A stretch of DNA of 64,000 nt from Octopus bimaculoides. Taxonomy: Eukaryota. The notes under the pieces were generated by a model. It was not told the origin of the DNA, ran no database searches, and was given only the letters and a program-made list of their open reading frames with translations. Position numbers and translations under genes: made by a program. Shown here in pieces: positions 41,175 to 54,075 of the stretch; positions within the stretch are counted from its first letter, which is position 1, and each line of letters begins with the position of its first letter. The DNA is taken from contig NC_068985.1 of assembly GCF_001194135.2 (NCBI RefSeq), positions 60,981,355-61,045,354 of the forward strand, written 5' to 3'.

Positions 41175-42650
41175 TTGTATATTAATAGCAATATAAAACA
41201 CCCTGGTACTATACTTAATCAACCTTAGGAGAAAAATGAAAGGCAAAAATGGGTCTGGATGGTATTTGAACTCAGAATTTAAGGGGCTATAAATGAATAT
41301 AACAAGGTATTTTCTCTGATACCCTACAGATTCTGTCAGTATTACTTCATAATCACAGATACATTTGAGATGAAGATTTAAAGAAGATATTACCAATAAT
41401 TTAGCTATTGATGAGACTAACAACAGACATTAAGTCACAGTGTCACAGTACTATACAATACCTGTACCAATATTATTAGAACATAAAACTACCATAATAG
41501 TAGATATTATATGGAATAAAATGAGTGGAGGCAGGTTGGTTCTAGAGTGGCAGTTCTGATGATGGACAATTTCATGCTGAACACACACACACACATCTGA
41601 TAGGCTTTCTACAGTTTCCTTCTACCAAATTCACTCACAAGGCATTGGTTGGCCCAGAGCTATGGCAAACACTTGTCTGAGGTACCAGACATTGGGACTG
41701 AACCAAAATCCATATGGCTGTGATATGAACTTCTTAACCACACAGATATGCCTGTACCAGTAAACACTGATTGAAATGCAAAATGAACAAATATTTGAAG
41801 TCTTAATGCATCTATCCCTTACACAAACTGAGAGATGAACTTTGTATTATTGTACCTGTTATATATTAGATAGTGATGGACTCTCCCATTAAAGACAACG
41901 TATGAGTGTTAAGCCTCTTGTCAAACAACTTGCACAAATGGTTTGTTTATAGTAATCAAATGTATGTGTTGTACATTAGCTCACTACCTCCATTAAATCA
42001 GCATTGTCTGAACAGGTGCACAGTTTACCACACATCAGGTGTTGAAGTGATCGCAGAACAATGTGAAATGAAGTATTTTGCTCAAGAACACAACACACCA
42101 CCCAGTCCAGGAATTGAAACCATGATCTTGCAATTGTGAGTGCAACACCTTATCCACTAGGCCATGTGTCCTCATTAGATAATAACAACTGTCATAAAAA
42201 AAGTAAGGATATACAAAATGGTGTCTCTACATAGTTACTTGAGCAACAAGAAATAACAATCAAATTACCCTCAAATCAAACCTACTGTTTTAAGAAAATG
42301 AAAGGCAACCAATATCACAATCAATGTCTGAATAGTAGAACTGATTATATTAATGGAGATTATGACTGATTATATTAATAGAGATCATGACTATGCTAGA
42401 TATTATACCTTAAGAGGCATAATCTTTAAGGGACTATGATGCTATTGACATTGCTCTATGACTCAATTAATACCAGATCATTTCAAGTCACATGCAAGAG
42501 TTAAGACATATCATTGGACCTTTCGGTTTCTATAGTAACAGAGACAATGACATGAATACATTTCAACTGGTATGATAGCAAAGATTGTGTCATAACTTAT
42601 ACTGGATCATAACATTAGTCACAAGAGCTGAGATATTGTGACAATGCCAA

Positions 42651-43437
42651 CATCATCATTATCATCATTTAACGTCTGTTGTTCATGCTGGCATGGGTTG
42701 GACAGTTTGACTGGGCTGGCACACTGGAAGGCTGCACCAGAATCCAGTCGGATTTGGCATGGTGTTCTATGGCTAGATGCCCTTCCTAGCACCAACCACT
42801 CTGAGAGTGTAATAAATACTTTTATGGACACGAAACTCAATGTAATAAATACTTTTTTGGACACGAAACTCAGCTTGCAAAGACTTATTGGGGCAAGCGA
42901 AAGCGAAATCGGGATGGCACCTGTGCCCAGCGTCGCCTTTCTGGCACTTGTGCCCGTGGCATGTGCAATGGACTTTCAACTGAGATCGTTGCTAGTGCCC
43001 CTGGACTGGCTCTTGTGTGGGTGGCACATAAAATACACCATTTGAGCGTGGCCGTTGCCAGTACCGCCTGACTGGCCTTCGTGCGGGTGTCATGTAAAAG
43101 CACCCACTACACTCTCAAAGTGGTTGGCGTTAGGAAGGGCATCCAGCTGTAGAAACTCTGCCAAATCAGATTGGAGCCTGGTGTAGCCATCTGGTTTCAC
43201 CAGTCCTCAGTCAAATCGTCCAACCCATGCTAGCATGGAAAGTGGACGTTAAACGATGATGATGATGATGATGATGTGCCACCAGCATGGGTGCATTTAC
43301 ATGCCACTGGAACAGGTGTCAATTTGCATGATACCGGTATCCGCCATGACTGTGATTTTGCTTGGCTTGATGGGTCTTCTCAAAGCATGACATAATGCCA
43401 AAGGTCTTGGTCACTGCCTATGTGAGGCCCAACATTA
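42651..43437. mobile_element. Nested RTE 3' ends: an old minus-strand copy interrupted by a young plus-strand copy (about 42826-43276)
   Basis: The old tail stops at ...GAGAGTGTAATAAATACTTTTATG and resumes at TGCCACCAGC (43277). The insert is CpG-rich and ends in (GAT)n. Confidence 0.8.
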
Positions 43438-44094
43438 ACTTTTATTTGTTTCAGTTACACTGGGGCACTACCTTGAAGAATTTAGTAAAACTGATCAATC
43501 ACAGTTCTTATGTTTTTGTAAAGCCTGCTACTTAGTCTATTGCTCTCTTTTGCCAAACTGTAAGAGGGATGTAAACAAACCATCACCAGTTGTCAAGCAG
43601 TGGTGGTGGGCAAATGCAAAGCCAAACATGCGTGTGCCCATGTGTGCGCACATACACACGCGCTACTTTCAGTTTCTGACTATCAAATCCATTCACAAGG
43701 CTTTAGTAGAAGACATTTGCCCCATGGTACTATACAGTGGGGCTGAACCTGAAACCATGTAGATGGGAACAAAATTCTTACCAAGCAGCCATGCCTATGC
43801 TTACATGTCTCTCTCATTAATAGACATAGTAGCAGAAGTTATGACACAACCTTTATTGAATCATTGCAACTGTCATAACAACATTTTTTTATGACAGAAC
43901 TGACTGTACATCACAATAATAGTCACAGAAGTAAGCAATATTTCTCTACACAGCTATGACCCAACAACAGAAAATATGAATTTAATTTGATAATTAGTAA
44001 TGAATCATAAATATGAATTAACATACATAAGATTAAGAAATTATTAATTTATTCTCTGAACCACAGATTCCCTACACATTACCTGAAGTAATAT

Positions 44095-44947
44095 CTTGTA
44101 GTAATCCATCTATCAGCCTATTTTTATATAACTATTCTGTGGCAGAAACACTTGAAGGGTTTCTGAAAAACCTGTGAGAAGATTTGAGCTGAGCATGACA
44201 ATATAGTAAGACATGACTATCTATGATACAGAATGTGTGCTACTCTCTACAGGGAGTAGGGGAATGACTGTATTTGTGTGGTGAATTGTTCCATATCATA
44301 CCTCATACCTAGTTACTTTTCCCAACACTGATAAACAAGATATGAAGAATTCTTAAACAACTTCCAATGAAATAAATACCACTTATATTGTTGGGCTTGA
44401 TTTGATTTACTAAATAACCTTTCCTAAATAATTTGGCTTGGTTCCTCAAACAGAATAATCTATAAGTGTGTAGATATGTGTTTGAGTGAATATTTGTGTA
44501 TATATGTGCAAACATCTAGTGTGTATGATTATGTATGTGTTTATGCCTAAGTATATAATGTTTTTATTTATTTTTGTAATTCCCATACTGTAATTTTATA
44601 AATTCACATTCCAAATGCTTCATTATCACATTAAGGGTAGAGCATGGCAGAAATGATAGCATGTCACGCAAAAAAATTTTACAGTAGCTACTCCCCACAA
44701 ATTTCTGGCCTTGTAGTAATCCATCTATCAGCCTATTTTTATATAACTATTCTGTGGCAGAAACACTTGAAGGGTTTCTGAAAAACCTGTGAGAAGATTT
44801 GAGCTGAGCATGACAATATAGTAAGACATGACTATCTATGATATGGAACAATTCACCACACAAATACAGTCATTCCCCTACTCCCTGTAGAGAGTAGCAC
44901 ACATTCTGTATCATAGATAGTCATGTCTTACTATATTGTCATGCTCA
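44095..44947. repeat. Local duplication-inversion: 44710-44843 = 44095-44228, and 44837-44947 = reverse complement of 44190-44300
   Basis: Direct base-by-base comparison; I found no mismatches in either segment. Confidence 0.95.
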
Positions 44948-45339
44948 ATTATAACTGATGGAAAAACCAGTTCTTTTTTTTTTAGATATTTCCTTCAAAG
45001 ACCCTTCTGGAATGTTTCTGGATGCCTGTTATACTCAGACAGAACTAAAGTTGGTCATTTTAAGATATTTTAAACAAATTTATTGACATTAAAACTAAAA
45101 TGGTGACAAAAGATGGAGACAACACCCTACTTAAAGAAAACAAAGACACAAGTGAACCAAAATAGGAACAAGAGAAAACACATTCTTTGATGGAGATAAT
45201 AATATTTCTTTAGACGTGCTTACATGTCTCTCTCATTAATAACAAACATAGTAGCAATACTTCTGGCATTTACAACAGCACTCACACAAGTAAAAATGTT
45301 AGTGGCAGAAGTTTTGCCAACATTACCGCTACATGGAGG

Positions 45340-46000
45340 CAATTTTTAGCCATGAGTAGAATCCAGTTGGAGAAGGTAGTTTGGCAGTGGTAGGTATATC
45401 ACAAAAGAGTATGTCTCCCTACTTGAGGAATTTTCCAGCATAATACCTGGGTGAGAGTCAAGGGTATTAGCAATAACACTGATCCTCTGACTTGTCACCT
45501 TTGTAGCACAATATGGGCCAGTTGTGAATGTAGAAGTGACATAAAATGTAACCATGAGGGGTCAAGTATAGACTTTTAAATTCCGAGCCCCTCTGAAAAC
45601 TACAGAAGTATTCCAGAGCTGTAGCTCTTTCTGATAAAAAAAAAAAAAGGGGGGCAATGATATTGGCCATGCAGAACAGAAAGCTATTGCACTTGTGGCA
45701 ATCAGAGACATATGAAGGTTTTTTGCCATGAGAAAAGAAAGGTAGACAAAAGGGGAATTAACAGCAGCAGCAACAAAAATTGGAGGCTGCTGTTCCAACA
45801 ACAGTATGTCAAAGCCAAGGAAATGGAAGTAGAGATTGTCTTGTTCTTGAACCTGGAAGTAGATGAAGCAGAAGGCCCAACTCCCAGTGGTACCATCCCA
45901 GCCTATTTTCTTACAAGAATATGGAGATTAGTAACAGATGGATAAGAAGGGTAGGAAAAGAAGAAAAAGAGAGGAAAGAAGAAGGACGAGTGAAGGTAGA
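45340..46000 (-). mobile_element. Possible highly decayed I/Nimb-like LINE fragment (ORF1 tail and start of APE)
   Basis: Only weak resemblance: FCSFQRG...HGYILCH and FVIYLPLP recall CLQET...GY.LYH and SIYLPP, after an S/T/P-rich stretch. Confidence 0.25.
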
Positions 46001-46669
46001 AGACATGTAGGATACTGGAAAAGAAACCTGCCCCAATGTAACCCAATAGGAAAATTATGGACTGTGTATTTTGATGTTTGACTTGTACATGTTGATGGGG
46101 TGTAAGTTGGATGATAGTACCTGAATTGCCTTCAAAACAGAATGATTTTTGATAGCATCTACACTGATGGTCAACACACAGTCATAGGTCTATTCCTGCC
46201 AGATATCAGGCTCTTCAACATGTAGTCAGCCAAAAAACTGATTACAGGCGTACATATTCCAAAATACAATGAATGTCAGGTGAAAAGGTGTTGTGCTGCG
46301 ACCTGACTTAGCTTCTGAGACATGTTTCCAATACAGTGGATGGCAGGTGGACAGTAGCATGAGCTAGGGCCGACCTAGCTTCTTGCACATTGTACAGTGT
46401 GTGTACATGTGTGAACATATTAAAAATGATTAAGCAAAAACACAATAATTAAAATATAAAAGTATAATTTTAAAGAACAGGGAAAATCAAGTAACCCAGC
46501 CATGTAGAGATGAAAACTCAACAGTTAAGTCAGGTCAAAGTGAGCCGTGTTACTGTCCACTTTGCTTCTTCCCTTGTTTTTATCACAGTTTGCTTTGTTC
46601 ATCTCTACAAGCTTTGTTTCTCTTATTATTATTATTATTATTATTATTATTGTCATTATTAACAACTGT

Positions 46670-47279
46670 TACTGTGCTGGGCAAAATGCTTAGTGGCATT
46701 TCATCCATCTTTACGTTCAGAGTTCAAATTTCACCAACTTTACTTTTCATCCTTCAAGGGTCAATAAAAGAAGTACCATTTGAACACTGGTGTCAATGTC
46801 ATCAACTTAACTCTTCCTCAAAAATTTCTGGCCTTGTGCCAAAATTTGAAACTATTAATACTATTATTGTTAATTTTGTTTGTTATTATTATTATTAGTA
46901 TTATTTATTTTGTCTGTCTCATGTTCTGAGTCAAATTTTACCGAGGCTGACTTTGCCGTTTATCCTTTCGGTGTCAATAAATTAAGTACCAGTGAAATAC
47001 TGGGGTTGATGTAATTGACTAGCCCTCTCCCCCAAAATAGCTGTTTTGTGGCAAAATTTGAAATCATTATTATTATTATTAAGGCAGCAAGCTGGGTGAA
47101 ATGTTTAGTAGCATTTCGTCTGTCTTCACATCCTGAGTTCAAATTCTGCCAAGGTTGACTTTGCCTTTCATCCTTTCAGGGTCAATAAAATAAGTACCAG
47201 TTGAGTATTGGGGTCAATGAAACTGACTATCCCTCTCCCCCAAATTTTAGGCCTTGTGCCTATAGTAGAAAGGATTATT
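46670..47279 (+). mobile_element. Three head-to-tail SINE family A copies separated by (TTA)n
   Basis: The central box recurs at about 46715, 46925 and 47135, and each copy ends in CCTTGTG..-type or (TTA)n tails. Confidence 0.82.
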
Positions 47280-47510
47280 CATCATCATCATCATCATCGT
47301 TTAACGTCCGCTTTCCATGCTAGCATGGGTTGGACGATTTGACTGAGGACTGGTGAAACCAGATGGCAACACCAGGCTCCAGTCTGATTTGGCAGAGTTT
47401 CTACAGCTGGATGCCCTTCCTAACGCCAACCACTCAGAGAGTGTAGTGGGTGCTTTTACGTGTCACCCGCACGAAAACGGCCACGCTCGAAATGGTGTCT
47501 TTTATGTGCC
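47280..47510 (-). mobile_element. Young RTE 3' tail
   Basis: Reverse complement of 43020-43272 with 7 mismatches over about 190 nt plus one ~21-nt deletion. Confidence 0.85.
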
Positions 47511-48789
47511 ACATTATTATTATTATTATTATTAATTAATTAACTGTTAATATTTTTAATGTAAAGTTAAATTAATAATTGTATGAAGTGATTTGGTATG
47601 AGAAAAATAGAAACAGGCTTTGATCATAGATCAGTTCAATAAGGGCCATTTTGAGAACCAAGTTTACACTGGATTTGTACAATGTCTATCCAAATATATC
47701 AACAACCAGAAGGTGAAGAGGAAACCTTAAGACTTTCTTTTTGATCTTCCAGACAATTCCAAATCCACTAAATGTCATCCATCCATATGTAATGCACCTC
47801 GTTAACACACACAGATGAAAGAAAGATCACAAAAAAAGGCAGGTGTAAATTCCACTGTCAGAAACATTATTTCTCTGTAACACAACATGGTTGCATTCTT
47901 TCCCAAGAATGGTTATTCACAAGAGAATCTCACAAAAATTTACTGAGAAACTAAATAGACATATAAACAATGTGAAAAAAATATTCAACTAAAATTCTGG
48001 AAAAATAAATTTAAGAAAGAAATTTAATATCGTGTTTAAACAGGTGGAATAAGACAGGTGTTTATGACTAAAGGTGGTAGGAAGTAGGGTTAATACAAAT
48101 GAAAAGGAGTAGGGTTTAACTAGTAAAGTGGGAGGAAGTAGAGATATAACTAATGCGGGGAAGGAGGTAGATTGTAACTAGTAGTAAAAGATAGCTTAAT
48201 CAGTGGTTAGGGTGGGTTAAACTAGTGGTGGGGGGAGAGCTTTAACTTGTGGGTGAGATGTTAAATATATGCTGATAGAAGCACTGGGAGAAATAAACTT
48301 GTCTGGAACGGAAGTTGATGGCAGAAAGTGAGCCAAACATGATAATCATCACCAACAACAACAACAACAGCAGTAGTAGCAATAACAACAACAGCAGCCA
48401 TCAACATTACAGTAACATTTAGTGGGAGGCACGATATTAATGTAGTTTATTAAGAACAATTGTTGTCTTGAATTAATTAACTTGTTAATTATGCAAGATT
48501 AAGACTTTGGGGGTTTATTATGGGAGGGAGGCAGTTGTTTAGCAAAGTGTAACAAATAATGCGGGAGTATGTTACCAAGGAGGAGGAGGAAACAGAAAAG
48601 ATGTAGGGGAGGGAGTAAAGAAACTTGCTGCAATATAAGACTGGAGATACAGGGAGAAGACATAATGATAGTAATGAATGAAGACAGTTAAATTGATCAC
48701 ATTTATAAGGTACATAGAGTCTCATCATTCAACAAATGGCAAACAAGGAAACCACTAGAAATGACAGAAATTACCTCAAACTATATCCT

Positions 48790-49886
48790 ACTGTCTCAAG
48801 TACAGTTACATTGGAGAATGCAGCTTTACATACTTGGGATCTGTTCTTGGTCCCTTTTTGTTTGTTGCATTCATTAATGACATAGATGCCAACTTAAAGA
48901 ATGCCATAATGCTGAAATATGCAGATGACATCAAGCTGTAACTTGAGATAAAAAAGACAGATCCTGAACACTATAGATCTTTTCTGCAATCGGACCTGGA
49001 TACAATGCAACAATGGATCACAGACAGGCAACTCAAGCAGGCTGTGGACAAGTGTACCACCATGCATTTTGGGAGGAAAAACCCAGTGTTCAATTACTCT
49101 CTCCACAACACTAATATCAAGAAGTTTTCTTGTAAACTTGACCTGGGCATTACTGTCAGCAGTGATCTGCTCTGGACAAAGCACATCTCTAAAATTATCA
49201 AGCAGGCTGAGGGTATCTTGGCATCACTCAGCAAGACCTTTGTCAGCTGCTCTCCAGCTATCTACTTAAGGCTGTATATGGCTATGGTGTGGCCACATTT
49301 GGAATTTGCATCACCAGTTTGGAACCCCTATCTTGCTCAGGACATTGACCTCCTGGAAACTGTTCAGAGACGTGCAACCAAGTGAATACTCTCCATCAGG
49401 CATCTACCGTACTCTGAATGCCTTGCTTCCCTGGGCATAGATACATTGAAGCTCAGACCTCTGGCAACTGACTTGGTAAACACCCACAGAATTATTAACC
49501 ATTGTACCAACAACTACCTTGAGCCTGTTTTTGAGCTCCACGTGTCTAACACATGTGGGCATGCCTACAAAGTCAGAAAACAGCACAGCTGTTTTGGAAA
49601 CATTTTTTCACACTCAGACATGCTAAAGCATGGAACAAACTACCTGCATCAGTTGTTAGTTGCTGAAACATTGCATCCTTTAAAATTTCCATGCTTTCTG
49701 AAATTTGCCAACACTACACCTAATATATCCCCAAAGCTCCATATGCATGCACACATGTATATCATGACTCATATATTCTTCATTTTCCTGACTTTTGTAC
49801 ATAATTCTATGTACTGTACATGCACCTTTGATGAGTTGTAGTGCACCTGAGCACTATACACAATAATTTCATTATTATTATTATTA
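48790..49886 (+). mobile_element. 5'-truncated CR1-clade LINE (RT C-half) with (TTA)n tail
   Basis: GSVLGPFLFVAFIND...KYADDIKL...LQSDLD...DLGITVSSDL.W..HI...PHLEFASPVWNPYL..DI..LE.VQRRATK; ends ATTATTATTATTA. Confidence 0.9.
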
Positions 49887-51057
49887 AAATGATTGAATGG
49901 TTATGGCTGGAATGCATTCGATCATAGGCTTGCTCAATCATGACTGACTTAGAGCTAAACAACAACAATAAACTGTCTATAAGGGATCCACTAGGCAGTT
50001 AACTGACCTTTTAATTTTTATTGTTTGGTCTAGTGGGAAGGGTTGTGTCTACGGAGTCACAGCAGGCCCATCAGGACTGGAGATACTGACACAAGGCTGA
50101 AAGAATAACAAAGGCAGGGAGGAAGTCCCAGAGGGGAGATGTTCTGGGAAAGAAGGATTAGGCGTACTGCTTAATGAGGCCCCTAAGTGGAGAGGGAGTC
50201 AATGTGGATAATGGGAGGAAGATGGAGAGGAGTTGCCAAATATTCCTCAAGTCTTGCCTTCTGTCATAAAAAAGGAAGGTTACATTGGATAATTTATTCC
50301 TAGGTACACTATGTGAAAGACAGGATAGTCATAACTAGTATATCTTTGATCAAGGTATTTTTGCTTAATCAGAACTGACCTGGTGCTAAACAATATCAAG
50401 ATAAAACACACACCTTTTACAGATGACACTGTATGATAATAATGTAATGACACCTCCTGTACTAATTTGAATAGGAGAAGTAATGGCCATAATTGCTTTT
50501 AAGATATAGGCTAAAGGACAGTGTAACTGAGAGGGGTTAGTATGGGTGTTAGTAGTAACTAGAGGGAAAACAAGTTGAGTGATGTAAAGAGAGGATGAGA
50601 TATAGTTGTTGCTGTTGTTGTCTACGACTAAAACAGACCTGATCAATCTGTACAGTCACTGATATATCTGTCATCAAGCTGTATAGTTACTGATATATTT
50701 CTAATTTATCTCTATGGTTACTGATCTATAGACACTGAGGTTTCTATAGACTCCTGAAATCACTGATGTTTCTCTGATCTCTGTAGTCTCTGCTACTTCT
50801 GTGTCCTCTCTCACAGAAAGAAAAAAATCCTGTTGAAGTTAGCAGAATGATGTAAAATGATGTTACTGGTGTAGGGTTTAGTTAGATGATAGTAAAGATG
50901 TGATTGATGTGAAAGGTAATGATAGACCAGTTTGTAAATACCAAATATTTCAATATGAAACAGCTAAAATGAGTTCAATGATGGGAATCAAACTAAAAAC
51001 ATTGGTTTATACTCCAGTTATTGAGAACTTTGACAAAATATATTAAATTAAATTAAC

Positions 51058-51240
51058 CTTGAGCCAGCCTTGTTGGCTTGGTAATAATGACACCATCCAG
51101 GGCACACATTTTTGCAATAGGGTAGAATGTGATGATATTGTTTTTGTTTTCAATGAAGCAATGTTCACTTTCAACTCCAGTCCCCTGTATGATAATATCT
51201 TGAAGAGCGGTAGCATCGCTGGTTCCAATCTTGGTGATAC
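51058..51240 (-). CDS. PHLDB1: PHLDB coding exon, FHA core: (G)ITKIGTSDATALQDIIIQGTGVESEHCFIENKNNIITFYPIAKMCALDGVIITKPTRLAQ+G
   Basis: Acceptor tttctttag and donor GTTAAT; 183 nt, phase 1 to 1, in frame with the previous exon. FHA motifs IG...G.G...EHC.IEN and C..DG...PTRL.QG are present. Confidence 0.92.
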
Positions 51241-52584
51241 CTAAAGAAATACACAACAGAAATTCCAGTTAATTCCAGACACAGAGAAAAGTATTCATTT
51301 CATTATTTTATGTTATTTAGATTGGGTTTTGTAATTTTATAAACAACTGACACAAGAAAGAGTCACAAAATCAAGTCACCTTCAGAGATTTAACCCTTTA
51401 GCATTCAGATTAATCTGTCAAATGCAATGCTTATTTACTCACATTTTTCTGACTTATTCACACAATATTTCATAGCTTCAAGATTTTGTGACTATTTAGT
51501 TTTAGACTGACATTGTAAGATAGGGTGTGAGAGGCGAGATCTGGCCAGTTTGAACATAAAACAGGTAGAATATTCTGGCCAAATCCTTCTCTTCTAACTG
51601 GATACATTTTATTTAAAAAACACGTACAGATCCTTGGTTGTCTGTAGCAGCCTTCATTCTGTTGCAAACATTTCCTCTCCTCTTAAGCCTTGTTACTACA
51701 GATGGTCATCAGCTGATATACAAAAATAACGTCAGTCCGACCAATGTAACAAGTGTGAGACACTGACCAAGTAACCTTTAGCTACACCAATCTCACTTCT
51801 GTACATGGACCACTGGAGGATGTACAGACCCTCTTCACTGCATTAATTTGTAATAAAAAAGAAAAAAAAAATTTTTTTTTTGAAATTGTATTACTAGAAT
51901 TTCTGATGTGAAAAAAATAAGGAAAAACTTATAGTTTAGATTCTAAAGATAAAAACCACGTGAAAAATATTATGAGTATTTTTAAAAATTAATTTATTTG
52001 AAAAAAAACAAACAAAACAAACAATCTAATTTTCATAATGTATCACGATATTACCACACTATAGCATCCTCTTAAACAATTTATAGAGACGTTGATAATA
52101 TTTTTGAAAGAAAGTTTAAGTTTACTCCAGTATAAACAATAAAAGTCTTACTTTGTTGTAGCCTTCAAATAACACAACTTGAAAGTTTACGAAAATATTT
52201 TGAGTAAGATTTATTTAGCAAGCTTAATTTTTTTTTAATCAGATGATTAAATCTGAAATTAAAATACTGAATTAATGCACGCGCGTTTTTAAAATAAAAT
52301 GTACCCAAAACCAAAGATAAGTGGTTCACCAGGTACATGGGAGATAATTCAATACATTTTTATTAAGTAAAACATAGTTACCCCCCTTCTAACGAACACT
52401 AGGTTCTAGGTAAATTCCACCGCGGTAAATTCCACCAGGTGAATTTCACCACAGGTAAATTCCACCGCGATATATTCCACCCATGGACAGACTTCCAGTA
52501 TAAGGTGCTCCCGCTAATAATCACCGTGGTCAGTTTCTCTAGACCGTGAATCAATACCTATGTTATTTAATCTGTGTGTCTCTC

Positions 52585-52594
52585 AAGTCTTAAG

Positions 52595-52676
<82 letters not shown>

Positions 52677-52697
52677 GAGAGAAAGAGAGAAAGAGAA

Positions 52698-52755
<58 letters not shown>
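52585..52755. repeat. Compound (GA)n/(GAAA) microsatellite; other long tracts include (TA)n 8850-8913, (TG)n 24638-24712 and poly-A 62532-62565
   Basis: Directly visible low-complexity tracts. Confidence 0.95.
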
Positions 52756-53130
52756 TCCGAAGGTGAAATAGAAAATAATCTTTATAATCTACTTGAATTG
52801 AGATGGGATCAATTTAATGTACTCCCATCAAGCAAGAATCTATGAAAAAGACTCATCAGAAAATTTCAAAAATAATATAATTTGGGATAAAGAAAGAAAA
52901 GATTAAACTTTAGTATACATTTTATTATAACAATAGGATAAAAAATAACAGTGAGTACATTGTGAAGCAGAGTTAGGATAAAGTTTAATTTATCTAAAAT
53001 AAATTTCTCTAGACAAATTCTGTGCAATACTTCTTAAAAATTGCAGAGAGTTTTCGTTTTGATATTCCTGAATTAGCTTCTTCAGTCGTGCAACAATAAT
53101 TTGATAGGTCTCTTTTTTTTAGTCTTCACG

Positions 53131-54075
53131 TCAAATATGTGCAATTTTTGTCTGGCTTAATCCTTCCTCAGCTTTAATGGCAGTGCATAGTTTCCACAAA
53201 TTTGGATGTGTGAATGTTAGTGATGAGCACAAAGCATTGTGGAACCCTTCTAAAGAATTATTTGATCTTGGCAAGTCCTTTAAGATGCAATCACTTACAT
53301 TCCAGAGTTGTATAGGAAAATGTGGGCTTTCTCCTTGCTGATGAGGACCGCAACCCCTTACAATCTCAATCTCAAAATAGGTGATAAACTCAGAAGGGAT
53401 GTCTCGATCGTCAGATAAATTTTCAAATACATTGACAATGTCTTCAATTGGCAAAATGTGCTTAATTCTAAGCTGAAAACTTTCATATATGTGTTATATC
53501 TCATACTCTCACCAAGTGCACATATCTTCCGCCAACAAGACTGTCCAAGATGAAAAACACAACCAACTACTTCTGAATACGGAAATAGAGAAACAAATAC
53601 ATTATCAAGAGCTTTTCCAAAGTCCATGAGACAGGATACATACAGGTTGACAATTTGGTCTTAAATCACGCACAGAAGACAGAAGATGATGATATGAGGC
53701 TTCTTTTTGTTGGGAAGGCAAATAGTTGGGGCACATGAACTTCCAGTGACAATATGTAGTGTCAATAACTGACTCCACAAATTAGAAGATACCTTGAAAG
53801 TTCCATCACAGGCCCAATTCTTAGAGCTTTCTAGATCATCCAAGCCTTTTTCTGAGGAAAAAACTAAAATTCTGTGTGGGCCATCCATGCCACTGTCAAA
53901 GACCAAAAACAAGGACCCATCTTCTAAATACTTAACTGACCTACAAATTGGATGTGCTGGAATCCCTAAAGCATGCTGCCTCTAGTTACGTATTTTACGT
54001 GAAAGTCCAGAGATGGTTTGCAACCGTGATTTTGTTTCCTCATCAAGATTTTGTACAGCAGAAGGAATTACAGAT
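53131..54075 (-). pseudogene. MULE transposase catalytic region
   Basis: RILVFSS...NWACDGTFK, MDFGKAL...FP...GCVFHLGQSCWRK and RSNNSLEGFH across frameshifted ORFs. Confidence 0.88.

Noticed and set aside
48894-49184. Antisense ORFs overlapping LINEs (also 6373-6729, 16722-17620 and 37679-38254)
   Set aside because: They are shadow ORFs opposite TE coding sequence, with no independent signal.
52240-52257. The minus strand reads FRFNHL, resembling the FHA C-terminal FRFNHP
   Set aside because: It lies upstream of the FHA core exon, has no splice context and is A/T-rich. The true FRFNHP exon is at 15036-15158.
52409-52481. CRISPR-like array of short repeats
   Set aside because: The units are contiguous, with no unique spacers, in a eukaryotic context. 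They are better explained as transposon subterminal repeats.
52560-52771. ER/RE-rich, HT-rich and YI-rich ORFs here and elsewhere
   Set aside because: They are translations of microsatellites.
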